A stretch of DNA of 64,000 bases, taken from Chrysomallon squamiferum (taxonomy: Eukaryota > Animalia > Mollusca). The notes beneath the pieces were generated by a model, which ran no database searches, was not told the origin of the DNA, and worked only from the letters and a program-made list of their open reading frames with translations. Of the stretch, positions 13,701-29,600 are shown piece by piece; the first letter of the stretch is position 1, and the number at the start of each line of letters is the position of its first letter. The position numbers and the translations under genes were made by a program. Location of the stretch: assembly GCA_012295275.1 (NCBI GenBank), contig CM022672.1:24304001-24368000 (forward strand), given 5' to 3'.

Positions 13701-16700
13701 TAATCCAGAGATGTTTATTGCTGAAATGGTGTTTCAAGGACTGTGCAAAATGGTACATGTGCATTCCTTTAAAAGATGTGCTTTCCAAGGCAGGTATTTC
13801 AGCATGAGCAAGACCATGACCATGTACTGGATCAACACTGAGCCATGTATCATTTATACAGTGCCAGGTCTTTTCTGACTCTATATCCATAATTAAAACT
13901 TCTCTGAGATACCTGTTCAAAGACCATAAATCTTAAGTATACAATGACATAACACACTATTTAATTCTATATTTAATTCACAAAAACAAATAACTAGCAG
14001 GAACCTAAAAATAAAATATATAATGAAAGTTTTTATAGTTTCTATATTCAAATATTAAAACAAAATAATTGACAAATATAATTACCAAGATGGACTACTA
14101 CCACTGCAATCATGCCAAATAACTATGGAAATAATATTGCCCAGACTTTGTTTGGTTCTGAGTAGAAACCAGTTCTCAGCTCCTGGTGTAAACAAAGCTT
14201 TTGTGCCATCAGCCAAAGCATGACCTTCAGATTTGTCCTTCTTACCACAGAGATACATAAAAACATTTGAAGTAGTGCCTGCATTATGCCTCCAGCCTGT
14301 GACCACACATATAAGATATGAATATGTATCATCTGGATTGTTGTCAGTCAACACTGTGATACCAATCTGTGAAAATAATTAATGAAGATATAGAAAAATG
14401 TGCATAAATTATTGAATAAAAATTACATAACTATCTAATGATAAATTCCATAGAGTGTGGTATAGTTGTTGCAGGAAAATGGAATAGTTTGTTCAGACTG
14501 CTTGTAATGTAGGGCAAAGAAAACAATTGTGTTAATTCTGAATTGCCTTTTTGAAGCTGTCAATAAACCTAATTATTATACTTATAGCTGGTGTAACACT
14601 GAATTAAAAAAGAACCAGATCCAAATTAGACATGCATAAAGGATTGTTATGATCGCTAGGTAGTGTATACAAATAAAATTTTAAATTAATATATTTAAAT
14701 ATTTTCACCAAGAGTACATTTAAAATCAAGCCAAATATGACTAGTACCTAAATTATATTGCATGTTATTATCCAAAATTATATTGTTATAAAAGTTCTGA
14801 TCAAGGTAACCTCAAATAATTTTTCTCAAAGCTCTATACATTTCAGAATAATGTCATTTTTAATTTGAAAATGTTAAAAAAATAACTAAATTAACATTTA
14901 CTTTAAGAGTGTCGTGAACAAATTATTATATTTATTTTGAAACCACAATAAATACTGCCCTTTGTATAAATCCTAAAAAATAGCTAAAAACATTTCCTAC
15001 CTTCCTCGAATCTTTATTATCAGCTTCAAATGCCCAAGCTAGTAATATGAAGTAGATAATCCAGACACCAGTAACAACTGTGATCACAACAGGATTGTCA
15101 AAAAATGCCATGGTCAGAGGTGCATCTGGAAGATGGTCCACTATATTTGGTATAGCAAAAATCCCTCCAGAAAAGGCTGTTAGGTGATTGCACATACAGT
15201 GTAAGTTTTTCAGTGTTGTGAAATGTCCAACCTATTTGAAAGAGAAATATTATATTTGATACATCCAACCTGACAAGATTACAAAGCAAAATGTGTCTTT
15301 TTGCTAGTATATTTTTCAAATGGAAATTGTAAGAAATAACGTGATACAAAATCTTTGTGCTGTACATAATGTTTTCAGGAATCATCTTCGTAAGACTAAT
15401 TATCAAAATAAAAAGTAGATTAGGGTTAAAAAAAACACTAAAATGTGCCAAAATATATTTTTTGTATATTCAATAAATAACATATATACATTTCTTTTTA
15501 ATGCTATTATAATGCTCAACTGGTTTTATTTTGCTACATCAATAAATTGAAAAACCAGCAAAGTATTTATGCTTTATATTTAATTATTTTATAATAAGCT
15601 GTATTCCCAGGCATGGTGTAGTTTGTAGAAGATTCAGAATTTGTTTTCATTTTCTTTTGGTTATTGCAATAATTTTATATACAATCCCCACTTTAAAATA
15701 GATTACATTTGTTTGACTACTTCTCTAGAATTATCTAATACTTTCAAATTTAGAAGATAATTCCTAAGATTGTTGATAGCTAAGTTTATGAAGAGCTGGG
15801 CCCACCTCAACTACAATCATGAATGCATTTGAAAAGTAGAATTATGTGTTTGAGAATGGGTAAGAAAAAGTTAATAACAGCAGCTGGAAAAGAACAAAAT
15901 GTTCAGATTGATCATATCATAGAACAAATCAATGTCAAACTGGATACTACATTTTATAACAATACTGTGTTTTTTTAATATATGGTAAAAGTGTTTTTTT
16001 GCATATAATTTATCAGTTCATTGTAATCCAATTTTCAGTATAAAATTTTTTTTTATTATTTATCCCATTATTTACAGGCATCTTTTACAAACAGTTCTTA
16101 AATTATAGTTTATACAAAATGTAAATGATATGTTAAGAAAGTTAAATAAGATTAAAGGATAACATTTGTAAAGATTGATTTATTTTACTTACATAAAAGA
16201 CAAATAACTAGTTCTAAAGTTAAGAAGTCATTTACAATGCATTTGTATGATTAATGGTGATGTTGTTACTGGATATACAAATCACAAAACTAACTTTACA
16301 GCCAAATGTTTGCCATTCATCCTGTACTTCATTCCAGTAAGAACATTCAACACTGAATGTCTGTATATCAACTTCTACTTCACTCATTTCAGAACTGACC
16401 TCTTGGCCTGGCTAAATAAACAAAAAATAACAATTTATATTTATATACTATAAAACAACAACATTGCATCATAAACCAAAAAGAAACGATATAAATGCAA
16501 TACAGAGAGTATGGTGTAATATCATATACCTGAACTCTAATTCCAATATGAAAACTAGTTTGATTCTCGTCTTCAGAATTTTCTGGCAACAGTAAAATGT
16601 TTGGATCTTGGTTATATACTTGATGCTTCAGAAGTAATTCTTCTCGAATTGGCCAGTTAGATCCATTTTTTTCAATACTGTTAATTCTGATATCTGCAGG

Positions 16701-19700
16701 AAAGTTTTGGACAAGGACATGCAGTTTTAATGTGGTTTTAACTGGAGAGATTTTCAAAAGTTGAACTTTATTTTTAATTAAGGGAATAATCAAATGTAGA
16801 GCGGAAGATCGAATAACTTCCTTTGTGATGGGATTTAGTGATATGTTCATCATGTGTCTAGTAGCATTTTCTGTCTGGTCTGAAAGTGGAAAGAAATAAG
16901 AGAGATTTTTTAAAAGATGACTTATATTCACTTCATACAAAGTTGAGTCCAATGTTATGTTAACTGTTAATGAAATAAGTGATACTTTACAATGTTTATG
17001 TAAGTTCTATTAAAGACTAAGAAAAAATGCTTTTGAAAGTCATAATAAAATCATTTTAAAGTAAGACTAGATTTTGATTTATTAACTGATAATTTTCATT
17101 GAAATAACATTTCAGAGAAATATATAATGAAGAATGTATTAAAGATTATAAATATTGACTTGTTTTTTAACTTTAAACAGATAACTATAATCAACTTTTT
17201 ATAGAAATATTTGAAAACCTACTCATCACAGGTATGAAAATTTCAGCAGGTGATGTGAGATTTGACAGTCTAAGAGGTTTTGTCTTTTTTCTGTTTTTGA
17301 CCACAACTTTAACCACTGGTAAGTTCATTCTATCCACAGATGTTGACCACATAAATGGATTCTTCTTCAGAATCATCATCTGAAATTGGTTTTACAGTAA
17401 TCAAGAAGAAAAAAGTTATTAATATTTGTTGTAAGAAGACCATTAGTTATAATTCCTATTCTGTTTTAAAATGTTAAAAGAAATGACTCTTTGTTTAACA
17501 ATAATTAAACAAAAATTTTCCCTAACAATTTTAGGGAAATGTTTTGTTTAGTTATTTCTCTTAATTTTATATTTAAAATTTCTCCTAAACATTAATTATA
17601 CTAAAGGTTTACAAAAAAAGTGAATTTAAAAAATAATTATCCTCTAGGAAGATAAATGAAAGTATTTGGGTTTTCTCTTTGTCTTTGATCCTTTATTACA
17701 TGTAAAAATGGGAAATACTTATTTTTTGTAAACCTTTATTATTCTGAAATAAGCCTAGCCATTAAGAATGTATTATAATCATATTCACATTATTTATTTA
17801 ATCAACCAAAAAAGCAAGTATGCATGTAATCATTAATAATTTATTTCATAAACCAGATGACATTTAAAGCAGAAATTATTATACTATTATTAATGTAAAT
17901 CAATACACACCAAATAACAAATCTGACAAAATATATGTAGAGATATACCTGAATATTAAGAGATTCAAATGAAGTATGATGTTGACCATAAAATATGCTA
18001 GTGGAGGGCAAACTGAAGTAAGACCTTTCATCAGTGCCTTCCAGCTGTACAGCAAGAAAATGGTCCTCATCACCTGACTTACTCCATTTCAGTGAAATTG
18101 TCAACTGCTTTTTATTAATGACAAAGGGCTCTTCATCCGAAATTATAATTGAATTCAGAACAGCATCACTTAGTTTCTCAAACACATTCAATAGTTTATT
18201 CACATTATACTTCATCTAAAAAGAAGTCAAATCATTAGCTCAACCAGCTTAAAGGATAAGCTGGCTCATATAAATAAACAAAACAGTGATCACCATAAGC
18301 ATTCACACTTGCAAAAATGAATTTCGTTTAATTTTGTAACCTTTTTAATTACTTCAGTCAAATTGTCATGGAATGTATTGTATCAGTGAATTAGTTGAAG
18401 GTTTCAATTTAACAAATATACATCTTTTTAATAGATAGTAGTCAGAACTTTTTTCTTTTCATAAAAGTAATAAATAAAAAATAATAACAAGACACAGGCA
18501 TACACACACGTACACTCAAACACACACGTAAAATGAAGAAATCAAAATTAAAAATAAATTCATGTATGGATATACATTAATTTTTATATGACAAACCTTG
18601 TTCCAGTTAGCTACAATATGCTCTTCCTCCTGGTCAGTAAGTAAGTTCATCAAAATGTAGAATATTTCAGACTGTTTCCTTATTAAAACAAATAAATCTT
18701 AAATTAATCAGAAAATTTACCAGTCACAGATTCTAATTACTGGAATATAGTCTGTTTATAGGGATATACTATTATTTTTTTATTATTATTATTAATTAAT
18801 AATCAATTATTATGCACACTCAAGGCTCAACAAATAAAAATAATTATTTCAATAGTTTAATTTGTGATAAAACAATTATTAGTTTCTGATTACAACTGAC
18901 TGAGTTAGTCAAGGTTTTACAAAATTAATTAACACAACAACTATCAATAATTTTATTATTCTTATTAAATATATACATCATATTTACTAATAAATATTAT
19001 TGTCCTTTTCAACAGATACATATCTCTTTTTGAGAAACCTTCAGTAAATAATACCTTTTCCACTCAAACCCTGTCATGAACAATAAATTCTAATTGCATC
19101 AAATACTGTATGAATTTATTTTTATTCCTATTACTCTAAAAATCTGCTTCATACATGTATGAAATAAATTTAATGCTAATTTATTTTACCTGGCTATGTT
19201 TCTTGCACTAGTAGGGAAACTCTTTGATACCAAAGATAAAGAATCTGCCATTTTTAAGGCCACATTCAGAAAAAGCTTCTGAAAAATATGTATATGTGTA
19301 TATTACAAAAATCTTCCAGGGAATAAAAAATTAAATAGATCTCAAAATCTTCATTATTTTATTTAACATGACTTTAATAAATGATACAATTAACAGTTAA
19401 TCAATAATTTAAATCTGTTTGTTTTCTAGGTCATTCATAATGCCTCTATTATTAACTACAGTGACTTTTGTGAAAAGTTTCATAATAAAATAGATGGTTA
19501 TAAAAGTATCTTCATCTTTATTTATATTCTTACATATTACATAAAAATAATATAAAGCTTTTAGAAATTCAAAAAATTTAGAATCATATTTATATTATTA
19601 CTGAAATCCCAAACATAGTTCTTTTATGAATGTTAACCCTTCTGTAATAAAAAAAAGTGTTATATGATTCTACCATATTCTACCTTCATACTGTATGATA

Positions 19701-21394
19701 TTTCATCTTCCTGAAATATAATGTCTGCTACAATATCTGTCATCTGCGATAGTGACTCTTTGTCTTTTATTTGAACATTATCCAGATTCTTCAAAATCTG
19801 CTTACAAATCTACATTTAAGATATACATGTATATAGATTTTGGTGATATTTTTAATTGATCACTAAAAATTCCAAACTATAAACTGTTGTTCAAAAGAAA
19901 GTAATTTAATGAACCCTGAATTTGTTTTAGTAAGTCAAACTTATTGCAATTGCATAGTAACATGGCTTGTGTGTATATTTAGTGCTTGTGTATACATGCA
20001 TGTGACCAGGAAGGTTGTGTATATGGTACTGTATGCAAAACAATTAAATGGAACATTTTAAATAAATAGTGTAAATATAGCAAGATAAAAAAGGATAAAA
20101 TAAATAAATAAAAGCTATTTATATTATTTTTTCAAACAATTTGTCATCTATTTTAATTTAGTCGCTAAACAAGCAAGATACTCTAATGGTTAGATTTAAT
20201 GTCCAAAGATTCAATGGTAATGATCATAATTACTTTCTTTTCCAAATGCCTTTTTTCTGAATTGGCTATGGTATTTTCTTCATTACCAAGCATCTCTAAT
20301 ATATTTATTGCCAGCTGAAGAAAACCTGTAATAAAAGAAAAATGATAAGCAATGAATATCTCAGTTAAATAAATAATTAACCTCCAAATGAGTGCACTCA
20401 CTCCTAAAACAGATATAAAGCCTTTTTTTTTTTAATTTCACTGATTGGCCAATAATTTATGTTTTTATTCAGTATATATACAGTCCAATATTTTTAAATC
20501 AGTGGAATTGATAAAAACTTAAAATATTATTTATAAATAATATAAAATTAAGTTCAAAATAAAAAAGAAATTTTATTTTTGAACTATATTAAAATAATGA
20601 TAATTGACAAGTAAAATATACTGTGCATACAAACCATTGTAAATGTCATCATGCAAGGTCACAACATCTGAGACGAGATTCATGATCACATTTTCTAAGA
20701 ATTTAACTGCATTTTTATTTTCTTGTTGTGGACTGAAAACCTGAAATGTATTTTACAATTTTAAGTGTGATGCTAACAACTGATAAACACACAGTCAAAC
20801 TGTTTTCAAAGAAAATTAAATTAAAACAAAAAAACAACAATATATTAACTAAACCTATACACATTCACTGAAAACATTTTCCCTACACTATAAAGAATGT
20901 TATAAGTATGTACTGATATGTATGGACTTTTAAAAGTTAGCTTATCCTAATTTACAGCCTTAGATCTAAACTAATGGTAATTACCTGTATGGAAACAGAA
21001 GACAAAACACTTGTTTCTAAAGAATCACTAATGCTGATAGTTAATATGTGTCTAAAATCATGGTCTTTAGGTCCTGTTGGAAGCTGAAAGAAGTTCACAG
21101 AGTTTTCATTCCCATAATACAGTAATGTGTCTGAAACATGAAAAGCTTAGTATATTAAACAGTTAAAACTTGTATAAAAAACCCAAAATAAAACAATCAT
21201 TTTATCAAATCTTAAATTAAAAAAAGAAAATGTTATAGCAGATAGGCAAAATATTTCAGATAATATAAGGGAATAAGATGAAATGACAGCAATCAAAAAA
21301 CTAAATAATGATCTCTTTTATTTTTGTTGGCATTTTTATTTTTTAAATTTAATTTCTTCTTTTGTTACCTTTTTGTTTTATTGTTTTAATATCT

Positions 21395-21430
<36 letters not shown>

Positions 21431-23655
21431 CAGTAGATGGAGCCTCTTAAAAAGAAAATATTAACTAAAACAATCAGTATATTTACCAATGTTATTTTTC
21501 TTTTTGAGATGGATTCTGTATTTTAAAGACCCATGAGGATGATAATATCCAGGACATACCACAGTGAAGTAGGTTATCAAAGCCTTGCCAGATTTTGGGA
21601 AAATAAAACATGATCCATCAACAGGTGGTGAATTTGTAATAAATTCATACACAGCCTTTCCCAAAGACCCCTTTTTTGTATAGCCTAAAGAACAAGTCAA
21701 ATATCTGAAATAATTAGTTCTGAATTGACACTAAACCAGAAAAAATAGTGAATTCTAAAGATATGTAAACAAATTAAATTATAAATTTAAATGTACACCT
21801 ATAATATTAAACTATAAATGTGACAAACATAAAGTTTTGCTATATGAAATATTAAAAAAAAATTTAAAAAAAAAAATGATTAAATTCTGAAATCCTTCTA
21901 TGGACACCTTTTCATCCAAAAACAACGAAATATTAGTAAAATGAAAGAAAAAAAATAAACTTTAACAAAATTTAATAATAAAAGGATTTATAGCATGAAA
22001 AAATTAATGAACCAACCTTTCACTATAAACATGTATGTATCAGATACATTGAGGACATCAGACATCAAAACTACTGATTGCTTTTTATTCCCTGTAGTTG
22101 AATTTGGTCCCCATGTAGAAAATGGAATTATGCCATGTGTCTGACTGGATAATGTCCATTCTACTGATGACAAGCTGATATTTTCAGACTCACAGTTGTC
22201 ACAATCCAAATTTAGAGCAAACATTTTAGCTGGAGCTACTACTTCTTTACAGTTAAATACGCACCTAACAAAAAATTGAATAAAATAAAATTATAATAAT
22301 AAATTCAAAACAAAAATCTATTTAATCAACTATCAAATTACGAATTTAGTTTTATCACTTATTCTTTGATGACTGATTGCTAAATATATTGTAACCTATA
22401 TGTTCAGTATTTTAATATATAATGAAAAAAATAATAAAAATAATAATAATAAAATAAAATATATAATTATAATATTACATAAAAAAACAAATTAGCTAGT
22501 TAAATGAAAAACAAACAACAACAAATGTCTGTAAATTAAAAACACTTTTTTATTATATCATACTGGCGCACAGGCTGGAAAAAATTAATCCAATAAATTC
22601 CTTGATGTAACTATATATAAAACAGAGCAATAAACTACCTGATCTGTAGTCTGGGAGTGCAAGATAAAACAATCTCCACTGTCACTGATTTATTACTTCC
22701 AGTCACATTTGCTTTGCTGATCTCAAGAGTCAGTAGGTAGGTCTGGTTTATCTTCAGTTTGTGTGCTGGTATCACAAGTACGGAACCTTTAAATTCATTG
22801 AATTTTTATGAAGGCTTTTATAAACTGAGTCTATGTATTGTAGTATCAGATCTTTATTTTTATTTTTTATTTTATTTTATTTTTTTTCACTTCAGAATGA
22901 CTTTTTTATTTTTTTCTGTGTTTGTTTTGTACAAAAGAAATGAAAATTTGGCAGTAATTTATACAGATCATTATTTTGGTTTCTGTTGGTTTTTAAAAGA
23001 TACATTTTATACATTATGATAAAAGAGACTATTATATTATATTTACTTAAAATATTTATACTGTATTTATTTAAAATAAAAAATCTGCTCTCCTGTTTTA
23101 AATACAACTGTAATATGAAGTGTACAAAATATAGATTATTTGTTTCTCTCACATAATCTACTATCAGAAAAGTACCAAGAAACAAGATATATTCTGCATT
23201 TAGAATAAAAAAATACTGACCTATATTAATTTATGTATTATTGTTACATTAAACATATTAACTAGAGAATTAATAATTTAGTAATTATAAAATGTTTTTT
23301 CAAGTAATGAATAAGATCAAAAGAATATCAAATGCTATTTGTTTTAACTTTACTTTTATATTGCACATGTAAATCTCAAGTGTTTATTTTGTTTATTTTG
23401 TCCAAACAATTGTCTTATATACAAAAAAATCTTTAACAAATATCTTTACATATTGCATGATTTTGAGCATGTATGTATGAATTACTAAATTTAAATCATA
23501 TCATGATAACAATGCTGTACCTGTAAATACTAACAGTTCAGTCATGTTATGATCTGACAGAAGTTCACATGAATCACTGGAATTCTTTACAGAACAATAC
23601 CACTGATAACTAAAAAAAAAAAAAAAAAAAAAAAAAATAATAAAAAATAACAATA

Positions 23656-23688
<33 letters not shown>

Positions 23689-26600
23689 ATAATAATAATA
23701 ATAATAATAACAACAACAACAAAAAATTAAATATATGAATAAAAATAGTAACATATGACAAAAATAAATTTAAAAGACAATAAATGTGAAATTATAACTC
23801 TGAATTTAGTTTTATGTAAGCGGTGTGGTGTGATTGATGACTTGGCTTATCCTGAAATGGAAAAATATGCTCATTAAAATGAAATTCATTGAAATTAAAA
23901 ACAAAACTGAATACTTACTTGATTCCAGAACTATCACCTGTATTAGGATCAAAACTTTCTGATGCATTTAGCACAACTGGTTTATTAGCAGGAACAGACA
24001 GATAGCTTGATGATGGTATTATTATACATTTCAAAGGCACAACAGTTATCTTTAAAAATCCCTTAGAAAGAAAAGGAATTTATCAAAATCAAAAATCTTT
24101 AGTCAAATACAAAGACATATATAATCAACAGAAAAAAAAAATATATTTTTTGATATGTTGATACTTTTACTGAAAGTTTAAATAAAAAAAATCAATTAAA
24201 GTTTAAAATGTATTCTAAGATGACATTGCTGATATTATATAAAGATAGATATATAAATATATATTTATTTATTTATTTATTTATTTAATACAGTAATAAA
24301 AAATGACATATTTCATAATTACTTACACAGGACATTTTAGTATATGCATTGTTCCTCTGCATCATTTTAACCTTCAGACACACCTTAATATATCCCAAAG
24401 GTAATATTCTTTTCGGAACAGATATTTCACCATTTTCTCTGACAGTGGATCCAGGCACTTGTAATATACTAAAATCATCATCACTATAGCAACGGTAAGG
24501 ATCATCAAATTTGTACAAACTGAATGTCCAGTTATATTCTGTTATTTTAAAGTCTTCTAATTTGTTGCATATTGCTGCAGCTGCCACAATGAAATTCAGT
24601 TCTTGCCCTCTGTGGTAAGTATATGCCTTATGAAGATAGTATGCAGCTCTGTTGATATGTAGAGACATTAAACAATTTTTTGTCACAGAATCAGGATAAG
24701 TGACTCTAAATTCCACAGTATTACTTGGTCTGACAGTTCTGTTGACAATACTGTGTGCTATTACTTTAAACACACCTCCTGTTGTAGCATGATACTTTAC
24801 TGAACCACACCAGTACTGGCCTTTAGCACTGGAATCTATTGTGTGTAAATCAGGAATACATGAATACTCATTTATGTGAACACTGTACACAGTGTTCCTG
24901 TTAGGTTTCTTTATCACCAAATATATAGTAACAGTTTCATCAATTAAAACAAGTCTTTGTTCTGTCATAACATACATATCAGAGACATATGCTGAAAATA
25001 TAAAAATATATTGGAGAACACTAAAAATAACAATTTGTATTAGACTATGTTTAGTTAAAAAAACAATTCCTCTTTTTTTCCAACAAACTGCAATACTGTA
25101 CATAAAATCGGAATACTGCTGCATACTGAATTAAGGGAATTTTGAAATGATCTCCTATATATTTGTTCAAAAACATTTCATAAATATATAACACAACATT
25201 ATAATTTACTGTAGTATTATTTTTATTATACACCTGCTGGTTCCAAAATGCTTTTGTTTGTCATAATTCAAAATTAAATTTACTTATTCTCACATGTTAA
25301 TATGCAGTTATCTTACAGTATCCAAAGGGTGAGGCATTGTTTTCCAACTTTATTATCATATATGAAACAAAAGGTTTGTTACTGCTGTACTTACAACAGT
25401 TTCCCTCCACAACTCTTGGACAGTGACATGTGTAACTGTTTCTGTAATTCAAGCATATTGTTCCATCATTACATGGCATGGAGGCACATGCATCTTCAGC
25501 AGAACAAATATTTTCTGATCTGTAGTTTGGAATATAATAGTTCTGAAAAGGACCACATGTTTCCACAGACAAGGGACAAGTGCTGTACATACACATGTAG
25601 GATTCATGAGATACCAAAGTGTACAAACTGGATTTCGTTCCACACTGAGGGTTCTTTTGTATACCAGCTGCAAAAAGGAAGTAAAAACTGAGAATACAGC
25701 TTAATTACTTTTTTCTTTTTAATATAGCAATTTGAAAATAATAAAAAAGAGAGTAATTTTTTTCATAAATAAAATATTAAATTATGACAAGGTGAAGACA
25801 TGTAACAAGAACAAAAACAATAACTTCAATAAAAAAAACTACAATTAAGCATTATGCAAAAATATCACAAACACAATTATATGAAACACTAGATATATTT
25901 ACTTCTTATTTTTTTTGGTGCATAAGACTTCTTTATTTATTTATATATTTATTTATATGATATTTTAAAATACCTGGAGTGTAAGCAGGACATCCATAAA
26001 GTTCCAACTTAAGGGAAAAATATACACTTTCTACTGGAAAACTCCAGGATATTTTAACAAATTGGGCCAGCACAGGTGGTCTCAAATTTGTTGATTTAAC
26101 TATCATACCACTAGAACCACAGGAAAATGTCTGGAAATATAAAGGTTTACATTAATGTAAATATAATTTTTGTTCAGTATTACTCATAAGGCTTTTTAAC
26201 ATGCAAGTTAAAAGTGAAAGGTAAACTATGATAATTCTATGGCACATTAAGGATTCTATTTATCCTAGTCATAAACTGTTCTTGACATCATTGAACCAAT
26301 GATTGTGTTATTCTAAAATAATTTAGTTTCAAATGGTTTTATGGGACTAACAATGAAGAAAGAAAACTGCTATATTTGTGAATGTTTTTGTTTTTTTAGT
26401 TTTGTTTCAAAAACTCAAGATATTAATACTGTTTATACCATTATGATTTTTATTTTGTTTCAATATGCCTAATGTTTAATAACTGAAAGGACATTTTGTA
26501 AATAACTAAAAGCTATGGTTAGTATATATTTAAATGTTTGGTGAAAAGATGAAGTACTGAAGAATAACTGGTTAATTTATATAAAGAGCACGAATATACT

Positions 26601-29600
26601 CTTATATCTGTGCAATTAAAAGGATCCTAGTAATTAGCCAAACAATACCAAATTGGGCATTTTGTTTGACAATTCAGGAAAACTGCTAACTCCATTTAAG
26701 ATTTCAAATTTCACGAATTTATGTGTGATTCTGCTTTCACTGAAAATCAGTAATCCTACTAACATTACAAGCAGTAGAAAAAAAATAATAGATTCAAAAT
26801 AAAAATTGTAAATCACTGAATTAAAAAAACAACAATCACAACAAAACATACCATCTTCTGACCATTGTGATCTTTTATAAATAAGAATCTTTCATATATA
26901 TCCACTGAATACTCCAGGTAAAAAGCATAATTAAGGAAAACCTTTTGTGAATTATCCACTGCTTTCAGCCTGTCTCCATGAACTGAACTGCACTTCATTA
27001 AATGTAGAATGAAATCCTGCGAGAGATCAACCTATCAAAACAACAGTCTAATTATATAACATTTTTTTAACAAAAACTCAAAAATGTCAATGTTTTAAAT
27101 AAAACAGCCTTATTGCTTTGAGACAAAAACAAAAATAATAAAGTCAAAATAAAAAAATATCAAGAACAAATGTTCCTATTTGAAATACCTTCAGAAAAAT
27201 ATTACTTCAATGAAGACAAATTAGTGAAAAAATATAAAATTAAGCTGAATTATTACTTTTAATTTTTTTTTAAAACAAACTTGAATAACATATAACATAT
27301 CTGTAATAACTGTCATGGAATAACTAGCATACAAAGCAAACCTTTCAAACTCATTTAACTAACCTGAACATAGCCTTGTGGTTCTATAGTGTGAAAAAAC
27401 TTTAAACCATCTGGAAGATTAAGTACAATGGATTCAACACTAGTTTCTTCCATTAAGTTTTCTGATATGGTCCAAGCAGTTTGCGGTATTGTCCATAGGC
27501 CTTTTAATATAGCCAAACTGCAGTCTACAAAATTTTTACATTTAAAATAATCAGATAAATAATACTAAGGGAAAGAAAAAGGAAAACAACTTGTACAGCA
27601 ATGTAAAATAAATGGTGACTGTGATATATACATATTTACCTTTTTTTAGAAAACATTTTTAGAGAATTTAAATTTTAGATATAATACTTTCTGAAACTCA
27701 TTTTATGCCGATATTTTGTTTTTATTTATTTTCTTTATTATTACAGAACAGATTGCATTATGAAGAACAGTCAGATGATTTAACCATTGTCAGATGATTC
27801 CAGGACCCCTGTTAAAGTTCAATATACTTACATAAAATTATATAATTTTACCATTTACATGTTCTTATATTAAAATCCCACCTATATGTACTACTAAGAA
27901 CTGCTAAAACTTATATAAATCTGCTGTGTACTGTATTCAAGTATATTGTTCATCACTGTAACAATATAATTTACTGTACAGTAATATTGTGGATGTTAAA
28001 AAAGTATATTTTTGAACTGCAGTAAGCCAAAACCACAAATGCTAAACATACTAAGACACACTGATATTTAGTTTTTCATTAGGTTTTCAGAATATTATTA
28101 TTATTTTTTTTTTTTTTAAATCTTTTTTCAAGAACTACCAATATGTTTTTTTTAATATATAATAACTGAAAATGTAAATTTATCAAGCCTTGGAATGAAA
28201 AAATTTCACAATATATATAATTTAATGTTTCTGCAAAATTAAACAAAAGTGAATTCTGTAATAATTGTACACAGTCATCATGCAGTTTATCTACTCTTAA
28301 AATGCACATAACTCACCATGTTGTTTATACTGACAGATAAAACAGCCTGATGTCATTGAATCAGGAGTATATTTCCATAGATAATCTTTACTTTTATCCA
28401 TATAGACAACCTGTTCTTCAAATGCAATTTCTGAAACAGCACCATCAAATAATGCAAAGTCAAGCCAGCTACCATCTTGCCAGGCACTATGCATTAAGGA
28501 AGTTCCTCTCAAACCTGGAACACAAAGATCTGTCAGTGACTTTTATTGCTAACTGCATATAGCCAGAAAGACATATGAAAAGAGAGACTACTTTTTTCAC
28601 TGAATCATTTGTTCTTATTTTATTCTAAAATATTACTTTAAATCTCAGTTTGAAGGTAAACCATAAAAGACTTTACAGTGAAACTTCTAAACCTTATAAT
28701 GTATGATAAAAATACTGAATACTTAACTAGCAACCATTTAGTGCAACTGGGATAGCTTAAAAGTTCTGGGTACATTAGTCTCTGTTCAGAAACCATATGA
28801 ATTGAAGGCAAAAAGCCACCATACTCTCTGCAGATTTGACTAGCTGATGAGAAATTCATTGGCTCAGAAAAGAATTCATAATATACTGCAGTCTGTGGAA
28901 AGCTTTGTAGTGCATTCTTAAAGACATAGTAATCTAATGCTAGATGCACAAGACCCTTGAAATATGGTCCACTGTCTGTTAAGAAGAAAAACATAGCATA
29001 GTAAATAATCAGGACATTATGATAATGAAGTGAAAGTGTACATTTTAAATATTACATTCCAATTATTCTTAGAAATAAAAGTGTAAAACATTGGAAATTC
29101 TGTGATATTAGTGGGAAATGTTTTCTAAGCCTGTGCATAATATATGTAATTTTATCACTAGTGTTTTAGGACATTTGTTTTTCAGATCACTATATTCAAA
29201 AGCAGGATATTAAAATAAAATTTTAATCTCAAACACTACACAAGCAGGTTATTAAATGACTTTCCTTAAAACATTACCTGGCAAGCAAGTTCTCCCATCA
29301 ATAAACAAGTGGTAGTTTTTCATACACCTACAGTAAAAGCTTTCAGGTGTGTTGATGCAAAAGTGGTCACATGGCTTGTTCTGACATTCATCAACAAAAC
29401 CAAGTCCTTGTAAAAATAAAAAAAATTAAAAGAAGATTGTCATACATACTTTATAATTACAAACATAAACAAAAGATTAAAAGCCCAATGTGGTAAGACT
29501 GGTTTTCTGAAATATGAGTCTTTTAAACATTAAAAATATAAGTACTTACAAGGCCAAATCAGGCTTTGTACATCTGATCCTACATTTTTAGAAACAGAAG

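Noticed and set aside
13604-13878. Plus-strand ORFs overlapping exons (also 24892, 25302, 40919, 43468, 49905)
   Set aside because: Antisense shadows of real minus-strand coding exons.
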